Shown here: positions 1-11,520 of the stretch, one piece after another
How positions within the stretch are numbered: the first letter of the stretch is position 1
How the letters are laid out: the number at the start of each line of letters is the position of its first letter
Origin: Phyllosticta citribraziliensis
Taxonomy: Eukaryota
Direction: 5' to 3'
Assembly: GCF_038025025.1 (NCBI RefSeq)
Contig: NW_027117341.1
Span: forward strand, 806,001 to 870,000
Length of the DNA stretch: 64,000 nucleotides
Made by a program: the position numbers and the translations under genes
Notes under the pieces: generated by a model
Seen by the model: only the letters and a program-made list of their open reading frames with translations
What the model was told of the DNA's origin: nothing
Database searches by the model: none

Positions 1-27
1 GAGCAGGCTGACAGGCGAGCGAGCCAT
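1..27 (-). CDS. Possible 5' end of a gene running off the left edge (MARSPVSLL...)
   Basis: Minus-strand accATGg start context at 27, open to the window edge. Only 9 codons are visible. Confidence 0.25.
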
Positions 28-2072
28 GGTTCCGAGTAGATGCGGGTGTCCGTGTGTCTTTTGGAAAGGGGGCCGAGCATGGACCAATCGCGGCGGCGGA
101 GCGGAGAGTCTTGGCGAGGTTATAGGTCTGGTAGGCTGTTCGACGCCAAGATGCGTGAGAGGAAGAACACGAGTGTGGCATGCTGACTGCTTCGGGGAGG
201 TTTTGAAGGCTTCCCGTTCTGCCCCAATCAGGCTCTGGTTCTCCGCACTTTGACGCGTGCAGCGAAAACTTCTCTGGAACCTGGAGCCTTCATCTATTTA
301 GCAGCGACCCTGGCTCCGAAGTGACGAAGGATTTCACCAAGGGCTCTAGTGAAAGCCGCTCATGTTTTCCGCCCCAATTAGGTGCCAAGAAAGGGATACG
401 AAGCGTATACGAGCATGGTCTGAGAGATCATGCTGTCATCGAGGCTCTGAATACCTTGGCGCTCCCAGACTTCGGCAGCTGTCGACGACGAGGAATGGTT
501 GAAATGGATTGGAGCAGCGATAGGACTTGAAGGATTGAGGCTGCGTTGCGGTGTGGTTTATCCAGGAATCAATGGCACCCGAGTAAGACATTGTGGAGGC
601 CAGATGCTTATGGAGGAATTGACCGTCCGAGAAAATGGAAATGGTAGACCATCCAGGTGTAGACGATGCGACCTGGATGGAGGCTTGGCGACGGCCTGGA
701 TTATTTCCGGTCAAGAGATACTTTCATGTTGTTGGATTGCACTCTAGTCGTTTGTCTTCGGTTACCGAGATGCGCCATGGCTACCAAGCCGTTGCGCCTG
801 GAGAGGTCATGAGAAGACGAATTCCTCGCGAGGAAAATCCTTTGGATACTTGCTCTCGCCTCTAATATCGCTCTATCCATGGCCAGGACTTCTGCAAGCC
901 TGGGAATCTCAGTAATCGAGGCGCGTGCTGGAATTTTGGCACACAGAGCAATATATTCCGCGAGTGGGAGCATGAGTGCGCCTTGTTGTACCTCATGGAT
1001 GCCTGAATGCTCCGGAGCACTCAAGAAAAAGGTCTCTTGCATGCTTCCTGTCAGTAGCCTTCGGAATCCGCAAGTGCTCAGCATCTGCTGCTAACTTTCA
1101 GTTGTATGGGCCATGAGGATTGGCACTAAGTCTCCAGATGAAATCGAAAACATGGCCGCTGTTTGTTTCCAAGTTCCAAGACCTTGGTGGAGAGGCTTTG
1201 GCGAACAGGCAGCAATGGAAAGCAGCAAGCAAAGAGTCGACTTTGTTGGAGTTGAAGAAGGGAGAGATGCTGGCCACTACCCTGCAGTTTAGAAACTTCA
1301 ATGGCGCTGGCACGTAAGGCGTCGAAAGAAACGATACTCCCTGGGTTTAGCTTCAGTAATGAATGAAATCTCCTTCAGCGCAGCCATGATAGTGCGTGAC
1401 TCAGGTTCTTTGAGCTTCAGCGTGACAGAGGACGACAGCTCCCTCAGCGTCGTGATGATAGCGAAAGAAAGCTCCCCAGGCGCGACTATGGCAGCGAGCG
1501 AATGCTTCCTGCTTTCAGCCACAATCTTGCGGCCATAATTCTCAGTCTGATTTCCTTCGACGAAGACTGTGATGGAAGCGTTGAAGGACAAGAGGGAGTC
1601 TTCCTTGAGACGCTCCGAATTCGGTTTCGTGTGCCTTAGCTTCTGAGCCGTCTTAAAGCTTGGCGTTGCTCGGACAATCAGAAGAGCAACAATCCGAAGA
1701 CTCGTCCAGATGACGGACCCAGCAGAATCTGTACATGCAGATAGTGAAGAAGAGACGCAGGAGATGAAGAGTGGAAGGCATGATCGTGGGCAGTAAGGTG
1801 AGTCAGCTGCGAAATCTTGGCATCCCGCCCCACCAAAAGTTGTTTCTGGCACCTGTTTGGTGGTCGCGGTCGAAAACTACACCAGCCCACCATCCGTCAT
1901 TGACTCGACCCCGGACCGTCTCGCGCCTCCGCACATACAGCCATCCTCTCCCTCTGACACCTCGTCCAGGCCATCAGCCACTCTTACCGCAAACGAGGCT
2001 ACGCCGCAGCTCGCGCAACCCTCCCAGAGGAAAACAGTCATATCCTTTGTGACCAGCGCCGACACCGCCAAC

Positions 2073-3130
2073 ATGTCGCTCACAAATTGCCGTTTCTATG
2101 AGGAGAAGTATCCGGAGGTGGAGAGCTTCGTCATGGTCAACGTCAAGCAGGTGAGCCTTCGCACGCGCAAGAATGGGCAGAACGGTGACTAACCTTTGTC
2201 TGCACAGATTGCCGAGATGGGCGCATACGTCAAGCTCCTCGAGTACGACAACATCGATGGCATGATCTTGCTCAGCGAGCTGTCGAGAAGACGTATCCGT
2301 TCGATCCAGAAGTTGATTCGCGTCGGGAGGAACGAGGTCGTCGTTGTGCTGCGTGTGGACAAGGAGAAGGGTGCGTACAATCGCATGACTGAAGATGAGC
2401 GAGGACCTTGAGCGCGCCGAGTGCTAACTCCGCATCTGCAGGTTACATTGACTTGTCGAAACGCCGCGTCTCGCCTGAGGATGTTATCAAGTGCGAGGAG
2501 CGCTACAACAAGAGCAAAATGGTGCACTCGATCATGCGCCACGTCGCCGAGAAGACCCTTACCCCGATCGAGGATCTCTACAAGCACGTCGGCTGGCCTC
2601 TGAACAAGAAGTATGGTCACTCGATTGATGCGTTCAAGCTCTCCATCACCAACCCCGAGGTCTGGAACGAGGTCACCTTCCCCAACGAGGCCGTCAAGTT
2701 GGAGCTCCAGTCCTACATTGGCAAGCGCCTTACTCCTCAGCCCACCAAGGTTCGCGCGGATATTGAGGTTACGTGTTTCGGCTACGAGGGTATCGACGCG
2801 ATCAAGCATGCACTGCGCACGGCCGAGGCCAAGAACACCGAGGAGACGCAGGTCAAGGTCAGGCTGGTGTCGCCGCCCCTCTACGTCCTCACCAGCCAAT
2901 GTCTGGACAAGAGCGTTGGTATTTCCGTTCTGGAGCAGGCGATCGAGGAGGTCACGGCGAACATCCGAAAGGCGGGCGGAGATTGCAAGGTCAAGATGGC
3001 GCCCAAGGCTGTCACGGAGAGCGACGACGCCGAGCTCCAGGCTCTCATGGAGAAGAGGGAGCGCGAAAACCAGCAAGTCAGCGGAGACGAGGACGACAGC
3101 GAGAGCGACGAGGGCGTCGTTGGCGAGTAA
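2073..3130 (+). CDS. SUI2: Translation initiation factor eIF2 alpha subunit
   Basis: [17 protein letters not shown]..., with the conserved [17 protein letters not shown] (Ser51 site) and [13 protein letters not shown]. Exons 2073-2150, 2208-2370, 2442-3130, with GT-AG introns and CTAAC branch sites. Confidence 0.97.
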
Positions 3131-3656
3131 ATGGGCAATGGGATTGCAGAATCACAGGTGGACCAAAACAGTGACGGGCCACGGGTTGCACCCGGACGTC
3201 ATCACCAAGAAGGACCAGAGGCATGATGGTGCAGTCAGTAGACAAAAATTCAGCGATAGGCGCTGAACCGGAGTCCGGTTGAGGAGCATTCATGCATGTC
3301 GTTGAACCAGAGATGGTTGAGGAGCATTCACACATGGGGATAGCGTGATGGTGGCGGCAAATAAAGATTTTGTGTATAGCATGCCGTCAATGGCGTTGGC
3401 CGTGAAACAGGGAAGTCGAGGTTGAAACAGGCACAAAGCAAACAGGCCAAGCCGACATGGGGGTCGTGGACGTGGCCAAGGAGCTATGGCCCACCCCCAC
3501 CGCCGTCCGTACCCATGAATCCATCTTTTGCTACTGCGCCTCGCCTCTTTTTTCCTAGGCAGCTCAAAGTCGCCCGCTAACCTCGCGCGAGCAGCTCTTC
3601 TGCTCCAATTCCTCCGAGCAGCTCCAGTGCTTTGCTACTCCGACGCGGCAGCAATC

Positions 3657-6307
3657 ATGGTTCGCTGGGGAAGACTGATGGGTTTCAACACCCACGACCG
3701 GAGGCAGCGCCTTCGCGACGAGATGCAGTCCTGTAGGGTTTCCAATTTTTCGCCCATGATTCGCCGGCCGCTTCTAACTGAGCACCAGTGCTGCCGACGC
3801 GCAGAGGCGACATGCCGCCGTCGCCGATTCCCGGCAAGGAGGTCACCAAGATCTGTCTGCGCCTTAGACATCAGCTCGAGACGATTATCCCATGCGAGAT
3901 CGAGGAGTCGCTGATCACTACCGCCCGGAGCCATATCATCACCCCGCAAGTCGTTGCGCTGGCCAGAAATGCCGGTGGAGAAGAGTACAAAGCTTGTGTG
4001 GTCTTTTGCTTGCTCATCGTCAAGAAATGGTTCGCGAAGCAAGCCACTCTGGAGCTCTGGGACTCGGACCTGCACGACGTACGTGCTACTGCGTGTGAGG
4101 TCATTGCGAAGCATATGTAAGTCTTTTCAAAGTCACATCTGGACAGTCATGGTGGGCATCGAGAGCAGTCGTTTAGTGCCACAGCTACGCCTAGGGAGTA
4201 GACATTCACCATGATCGCTATGGCGATGGAGCATTCCTTCATACTGCAGCTGGCGTTCGGGAAGCTGTCGGTCTGCACCATAGCTACGCGTTGGGGGCAC
4301 TTCATTACCACCACAGTGACGGCTATGGAGCTTCCTTCGCAGCTCGGCTAGCGTTCAATGAGCTGTCTTTCTGCACCCCGGCTCTATTTAAGGAACCCCA
4401 TTTCCCTCGACATCTGGGATGAACGGACTATCTGCAGTGACGAAGGACAGCTCCCTAGGCGCAGTTGTGGCAGCGAATTACTGCTTCATTCGCAGCAGCC
4501 ATGGACGGCTCCCTAGATGCAGCCGCTTTTTGGACAATTTACTGACGACGACACAGAATCGAAGCTGAAGAAGACATGTGCTACCTGCTTGAGGACGTCT
4601 TGCTGAAGCGCTACTCCTACGTCGTCGACGGTGAGGATACCGCGCCCGCCAATGCCATCGAAAAAGCAGTCGACCTCCATGCCCTCCGTGTCATTGGTTC
4701 ATCGGGCTATCAGCGCTGTATTTCCTTCTTGTGGAAAGGCTGGCTTGTCCAAGATGACGACGACCCTTCTCGCTTCGTCGACTGGAAGAAAAAGGGCGTC
4801 ACTAACTACTGGTCGCACATTGATCCCGATCGGATGCGTGTTCCGGCCTACCAGAACGCTCTTCAGATCATCATTTCCGTGGCGTTCCTGGCCCTATACA
4901 CTGGTTCAATCAACACGCAGAATCCTGGCGGAGACCTGGACCCGGTTGAGGGTCTGCTATACATCTTCACAGCTGGGTTCGTCTTCGACGAGGCCGCAAA
5001 GCTTTGGAAAGTCGGACGGTACTACATATCGTTCTGGAATGCATTCAATTCGGTAAGCCTCCTCTTCTCTCCCCCCTTTCGTTGCACTTGGGGAGCATTC
5101 GTGTGAGGTGGACTCATCCTCATCACGCCTCAAAGTTGCCCAGCAACGGGAAGGCTCCTCAGCATCTTCATTGTCCTCTCAGTATCATCATTGTTCTCTC
5201 ACCATCCTCATTGTTCTCTCACTTGCCCTGCCTCACCAATGCTCCTTGGTGTCCCCGCTCCATGTTCCTTCTATCAACCCCGGGGATGACACATGGCCAT
5301 CCCCGACCACAAATCAACCCCCCGCCCCCGAAGAGACAGACCTGAAGGCTGACATCACGTAGACCCTCTACGCCCTCCTTATCGTCTCGTTTGTCACGCG
5401 TATGATCGCTTTGGGCCACGACTGGGAGTCTGAGCAACGCATGTACTTCAACACTCTCAGCTACAACTTTCTGGCCTTCTCCGCTCCCATGTTCTGGATG
5501 CGACTACTGCTCTATCTGGATACGTTCCGATTTTTCGGCGCCATGCTGGTCGTGCTCAAGGTCATGATGAAGGAGTCGCTCATTTTTTTCGCCATGTTGT
5601 TCTTCGTCCTGGTTGGATTCTTCCAGGCCTTCATTGGCATGGACCAAGTGGACGAAAAGATCACAGCGACAACCTTCATCGTGCAGTCGATGCTCGCAGC
5701 TATTTTGCAATCGCCCGAGTTTGAAGGATTCGACAACTTCGCCCCGCCGTTTGGCATCATCCTCTACTACATTTTCACCTTTGTTGTCATGGTCATCTTG
5801 CTCAACATCTTGATTGCCTTGTATAACAGCGCGTACGAGGATATCACAGACAACGCTGTTGACGAGTACATGGCCCTTGTCAGTCAAAAGACGATGCAAT
5901 ATGTCCGCGCCCCCGACGAGAACGTCTTCATCGCTCCATTCAACCTCATCGAGCTGTTCTTCCTCATCATACCATTCGAATGGTGGATGGACGAAAAGAG
6001 CTACGCCCGCCTCAACGACTACGTCATGGGCTTCATCTACTCGCCTCTGCTTCTCATCACGGCGGCCCTTGAGACCCGCGAGGCCCACAGGGTCAAATTC
6101 AACCGCAAGCGCGGCGAGGCCGACGACGACTCCATGCAGGAGTGGGAAGAGCTGGCTGGCGAGGTTGATTTTGAGGCTGAAGGCTGGGATAAGAAGTGTG
6201 AGGAGGTTGCCCCTGAGATTGGCGTCGAGCAGGCCGTCGTTGAGATTCGCCAGCTGAGGAGGGAGATCAGCGAGGTGCGGGAGATGGTGTCGAGCATGCT
6301 TCAGTAA
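3657..6307 (+). CDS. YVC1: Vacuolar TRP-type cation channel (Yvc1/TrpY1)
   Basis: Motifs AIEKAVDLHALRVIGSSGYQRCI, FGAMLVVLKVMMKES, ILLNILIALYNSAY and APDENVFIAPFNLIE. Exons 3657-3732, 3789-4116, 4557-5052, 5363-6307 splice in frame. Confidence 0.93.
4168..4526. repeat. Imperfect ~97-nt tandem repeats plus inverted copies inside YVC1 intron 2
   Basis: Units start near 4166/4264/4362 (GCWGTC...CAYAGCTACGC...ATGGAGC(A)TTCCTTC...GCGTTC). 4178-4198 is reverse-complementary to 4451-4471. Confidence 0.7.
5161..5220. repeat. 20-nt minisatellite x3 in YVC1 intron 3
   Basis: agcatcttcattgtcctctc / agtatcatcattgttctctc / accatcctcattgttctctc. Confidence 0.85.
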
Positions 6308-6732
6308 AGCACCCAGTGGTGTTGAGGGAGACGATAACTCCCGGCACTGCGGCTACATCCACGGAGCATTCCTTCACTACTACAGCGGGGACCGGAGAGT
6401 ATCGTGCATCCGCAGCTCGTTCACTCAAAGCCACACGGAAGTAAACCGGAGATGAATGACTTTGCAGCGTCAAAGGTCTATGGGTGGGATCAGTACATAT
6501 TGTACATGGTATGAGACACGGCAGCAGTTTTCCTACTCCGTCTTTGCTTTCAGTCAAGTTCGGGATTCTCTTCAAGTCACTCTACCGGAACGTCTTTTTC
6601 TTCGTGGCTCCGGCAAGCCTCTTGACTGATTTGAAGCGCGCTAATGAGGTCTCTGGGTATTTGTCGTTACTATTCCCCTACAGTCTGCAAGTAATCTATT
6701 TACAGCGTTTTCAGACATGTTTTTCTCCCCCT

Positions 6733-8011
6733 CTAACCAGAAGCACCAGTCGTGCACTCAACGCCCAAGTCGCTCGGGGTGTTTGCGCAAAGAATCTCGC
6801 CGCTGCCCGACGAGGCCTCGACGGTCCAGTCGGAAATAGTGACGCCGCAGGTGCCGCCCGAGCCGCAGTTGATGTTGGCGGTCGTCGGGTCGTACTTGTC
6901 AGACGTCGTGCCGCTGAAGCCCTTGATGACAATGTCGGACAGCTTCGCGTCGCCGGGGCTGCTCTCGCAGTACGAGTCGTCCTCGCCGTAGCAGCTCTGG
7001 ATCTGGAACGCGTAGTCCGAGTTGTCGACGGTGAAGTCGGTGAACGTTACGTTGGAGACGGTGGATACACCATGGTCGTTGCCGCTGGGGTACGTCTTGA
7101 TGCCGGCCGCCTTGGACGAATCAATCATCTTAGCGTTGGACACGTAGATGTTCTTGACCGAGTCGTCAGAGCCCTTGCCCAGCGACCCGACCGAGATGCC
7201 GTGGCTGCCCGTGCAGGTGATGGTGTCGACCGTCACGTAGTTGGCCGAGGGCTTGAAGGCTACGCAGTCGTCGTCGTTGACCACTTCGATGTTGGTCAAC
7301 GTGACGTAGGTGCTCTCGCCAATGTCGAAGCCGTCGGTGTTTTTGGGCTCGTTGTCCGACGTCGACTTGGCCGTCATGTTGAGGTCTGAGAAGACGACAT
7401 TGGTCGAGCCGCCCTTGACCGAGTTGAAGACGTTGGGCGGGTTCTTTTGCGACAGGTTGGAGACCTGGATGTCCGAGCCGCCAGTGATGTAGAGCAGCGT
7501 CGGGCGCGCATAAGACTCGTCTTGGGCAAAGAGATCCCAGCTGTCAAGATCATGTGAGTACACTTTTCCGACCGTCAACGCTAGAATTTTCTTACGATTC
7601 TTGTCCATTTCCATCAATGACGCCAGACCCAGTGGTGGAGCGGATTTTGATGCCATCAATGTTCTTGATATTCATCATGGCCGTCTCGCCGTTCCAAGTG
7701 TCCGTCGACCCGGTGAACTTGAGCGTGCCTTCAATCTGAAAGTCGCATCCAGCACAGCCCTCAAAGTCCAAGACGCTGTTGGCATAGTACGTCGTTTCGG
7801 CCGGCAGCACAATGGTGCCACTGCTGCACTCGGCGATGGCAGACGTGATTGCGGGGACGTCATCTGTGGACTCCGAACCACCGGCAGACGGAGTGCAAGC
7901 GGATGCACGCTCCTTCAGCGCCTGCGCCGGCTTGCCATTGGTGGTTGTGGTTGGCAGAGCATACGCCGCCGAGAGAAGGGGAAGCAACAGCGAAACTGAA
8001 GAGCCAACCAT
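6733..8011 (-). CDS. xghA: Secreted GH28 endo-xylogalacturonan hydrolase
   Basis: Signal peptide and GH28 motifs NTDG, DDCV, GSHG, GIKTY. The C-terminus ...CANTPSDLGVECTTGASG matches Aspergillus XghA as I recall it. Intron 7541-7595 gives GNGQES|WDLF. Confidence 0.9.
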
Positions 8012-8905
8012 ATTATCGACAAGGAGTAAAGTTGAAAAGGGTTAAGAGAAGGAATGACAGAAGATTGAAGAGATGACTTTGCGACGTTCCTCAGGACCAT
8101 CGCGACTAGATATAACCATCTTGTGGGGGATACAGCATGTCCAAGCGCGAGAGCAGTGCACAATTGGTTTCGGTTAGCTGGTCCGAGCAGCACGCAGGAG
8201 GCCCTCCAGAAGCATTGTCGTGGTTGGCGCTCTGTGCGTGCCGTCGGATCTCGTACTCGCAGCGGAAGGAGGAAAAAGAGTCGTGCCTGACGTCGCCTCC
8301 TTTATTCCCAGGCCCATTCCCACGGAGCTTCAGTGAGATGGGGAAGAATCGGCGGCACGTGCAAGACGCCTGTCTACACATTTGGCGACGCATCTCGCGT
8401 CCTGCGTCGACGACGTCGATCACACATTACCGCATCCGGGCTAGCGCGCACGCAAAAGGTGTGCCAAGCCCGTCTCGGTTACCACGACTTCTCCACTCCT
8501 CGCGTTTCGATGTTTGAGCTGCCGAAGCGGCTGCATCATCACTTCTCTCCTGCTTCTTCGCGGACTCCTGCCGACATAACCCACCATTCGCAGGCGCTTG
8601 GTTTGCAAAACGCTTTGCCGCCAGGGGTAGCGGTTTCCTGCAGCAGCGCCCTCGGGTCTTCCGAGATGGCACGGATTTGCGGTCCGCAGGGTAAAATCGA
8701 CGGGCACCGAGGGCTCCATCTCTCCGTATCGTGTCTCCGTGGGCACCGCGCTAGACAGAGTCGCGATTTTGTGCCGCCATGCGACGCGCGATAGAGCGAG
8801 CATTGGGCAAGCCAGTGCCGTTGAAGAAACATCCATGGAGCACGGTCCCCTCGGGGAGTCGAGGCATCTGTGTCACGCATGATGCGCGTGCTTCTTTTCT
8901 CCTCC

Positions 8906-8913
8906 TATAAATA
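8906..8913 (+). promoter_or_regulatory. TATA box upstream of the pectinesterase gene
   Basis: TATAAATA ~185 nt upstream of the ATG at 9092, followed by a CT-rich leader. Confidence 0.5.
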
Positions 8914-9091
8914 CATGCGTCTACCTTTTTGCCTAGCGAGGGTAGCATTTGATGGCCAGTCTGCTTTGCACTGTTGTTTCTTTTTGACGCTGCTTTCCTC
9001 TTCGTCTCTCTATTTCTCACTTTGTTCGGCCGGCACCTTTTGATACTCTCTTTCACTTTCAAACTTCATCGGGCATTCATTGGACGTCACC

Positions 9092-10199
9092 ATGCACTTC
9101 TCATCAATCCTCCCCATCACCCTCGGGCTGTCTCTGACCGCCCTGGCACACCCCACCCAGAAACTATCAACCAGGGCAACAGGTCGAACGAGCGCTCCCT
9201 CGGGCTGCCTGACAGTAGGCGGATCATCCAGCAAATACTCGACCATCAGCTCAGCGATCGAGGCGCTAGGCTCGTCGACCGAGGACGCATGCATCTTCGT
9301 CAACAGCGGGACATACAAGGAGCAGTTCACGGTCGAGTACGGCGGCGCGCTGACGCTGTACGGCTACACCGAGGACACGTCGTCGTACGCGAGCAACGCC
9401 GTCACCATCACAAACTCGATCAGCTCGTCCGACGCTGGCTCGCTGGACGAGAGCTCGACGGTCAATGTCGTTGCTGACGGCTTCAAGATGTACAACATCA
9501 ATGTTGAGAACGGCTACGGCGAGGGGGCGCAGGCGGTTGCGTAAGTTCAACAGTTCCTCTTCCCCCCTGACTGCCACTTGTTCATTTTCCTACCTACGTC
9601 CCTGAACTCTTTGCCCCGAGGCACCAGCTTATTCTGACGACCGACCCGCCAGACTTACCGCCAACGCCGACAAGCTGAGCTTCTACGGCTGCTCCTTCAC
9701 CAGCTACCAAGACACGCTGTACGCCAAAGCCGGCACGCAATTCTACACCAACAGCTACATCACGGGCGCCGTCGACTACATCTTCGGCAACGCGGCGCTC
9801 TGGATCACCGCCTCGACCATCGCGTCCAACGGCGCCGGCTCCATCACCGCCATGTCGCGCGAAGAGAGCGACGACACGTCGTACTACGTCATCGACACGT
9901 CGTCCATCGCCGCGGCCGACGACGCCAACGCCGACCTGACCGGCAAGGTGTACCTGGGGCGGCCGTGGCGGGCGTACGCGCGCGTGCAGGTGCAGAACAG
10001 CGAGCTGAGCGACGTCGTCAATGAGGAGGGCTGGACGACCATGGCGGATAACGCTGAGCCCGTGTATACCGAGTATAACAACTCGGGCGATGGCTCGGAT
10101 ACGAGTGCGCGCAAGTATGGCACCGAGGCGTCGAGTGCGGTTGAGATTGCGACGGTGCTGGGGAGCGATTATGCGGATTGGGTTGATGCGACGTACTAG
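9092..10199 (+). CDS. Secreted pectin methylesterase (CE8)
   Basis: Signal peptide and CE8 motifs GTYKE, QAVAL, YQDTLY, GAVDYIFG, YLGRPW. Exons 9092-9540 and 9653-10199. Confidence 0.92.
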
Positions 10200-11520
10200 G
10201 AGTGGGATTGAGGGGGGCGAGGGGTGGATGGAGTAAGGGGGTGGTAGGGGAGAATGGTACGAGTAAAGATGTCGTCAATGGAGTTGATACCCTTCGCTAG
10301 GGTGAATATGGATCGAAATCACCGTCAGCCCGTTTGCCTGTCTGTCTTGAGCTGTGCAAGCAAGCCAGTCAGTTCGCTGTCCATGTAGCCCTCCCACACT
10401 CTCGACCGCGTGAATCACTACTACACTGCCGCATCGTAGCACATGTAGGATGATGGTAACCCACAAGCTGAGTAGACTGACAGTTTCGTTCCAGCCGCAT
10501 GTCAGGCCATATCACTTACCAAGCACCGAAAGCCATATATAGTGAGTGGTGGTTGCGATCTCACCACTCAGCTCGGTTTTGCTACCCGTGTGCCCGCACA
10601 GCACAACAGAGGACATCCCGGGTACTCCACGGCTCCAGGACACACCAACCTGCCTATCCATGCAGGTACAGAGCCACACGTGTGCAGAGGCTCACTCGCA
10701 CCTGGGGGTACACATGCAAGGTGTTCTCGCGCTTCGCTTCCCCGGTGTAGCCACAGAGCAGTTCGCGCAATCCATCCGCGCCAATCTCTGTGCATCGCAG
10801 CGCGACCTCTCCGCAGCACAACCCCTCTCCCGTTTCTTGCTGCACGAGCACACCAACAACAAAACGGAGATCAAATCGCGAATGTTTGTTGTCTGACGGC
10901 CCAGTTTCTAGGGAAGCGTGGCGGCTTCAGCTCCCACGTCCACGTGTCCGCCGCCAAATCGAGACGTATGGCGGCGAGCGTAGCAAAAGAGCACGCACGG
11001 AAACCCCTCAAATTTCTCGTCTTCTTCTGCCAATTGCCATCCAAAAATTGACCCCCCGCCGTCAAGTCGTTAAATCATGACCGATCAGCTGGCTCCGCCG
11101 CGATTACGTGTAGTGGTACATAGAGGGGTGCCCGAGAGGCATTAAACAAGAATTGGGAATCGACTTGCGTCTTGTGGATCTGGTGGTTTTTATGGAAGAT
11201 GGGGATGGGGAAGACGGGGCAATTGTTTCTGAATTGCCAAAAGCAGGAGGAGGACCATTGGGTGACGAGGAAAAGGTCGCATGCCGCTGAAAACGCCAAT
11301 ACCGTAGCCCCGCCGTGCCTTGGGTCCCGTTCCGCAAGGGGGAGGTGGCTAGCAACGCCGAACCGAAAACGACTTTTTGTTCAACTACCACCACTACTGG
11401 TCCAAGGCCGATGTCGGACCGGACGGTAGTAGCAGTAGTAGGGAATAGGTTGTCATTAGACTAGTTGCTTGGTCAGCACACCAGGCAGCCGTGAGTGTGA
11501 GAGGCTGCAAAGCGAGGAGA

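Noticed and set aside
2189..3076. Long antisense and alternative-frame ORFs over eIF2-alpha, and likewise over xghA, csmA, csmB, TOK1 and etfA
   Set aside because: Shadow ORFs caused by the GC3-rich codon bias of the real gene.
8012..9091. GaaR galacturonate-response element between the pectin genes
   Set aside because: No CCNCCAA/TTGGNGG found by eye.
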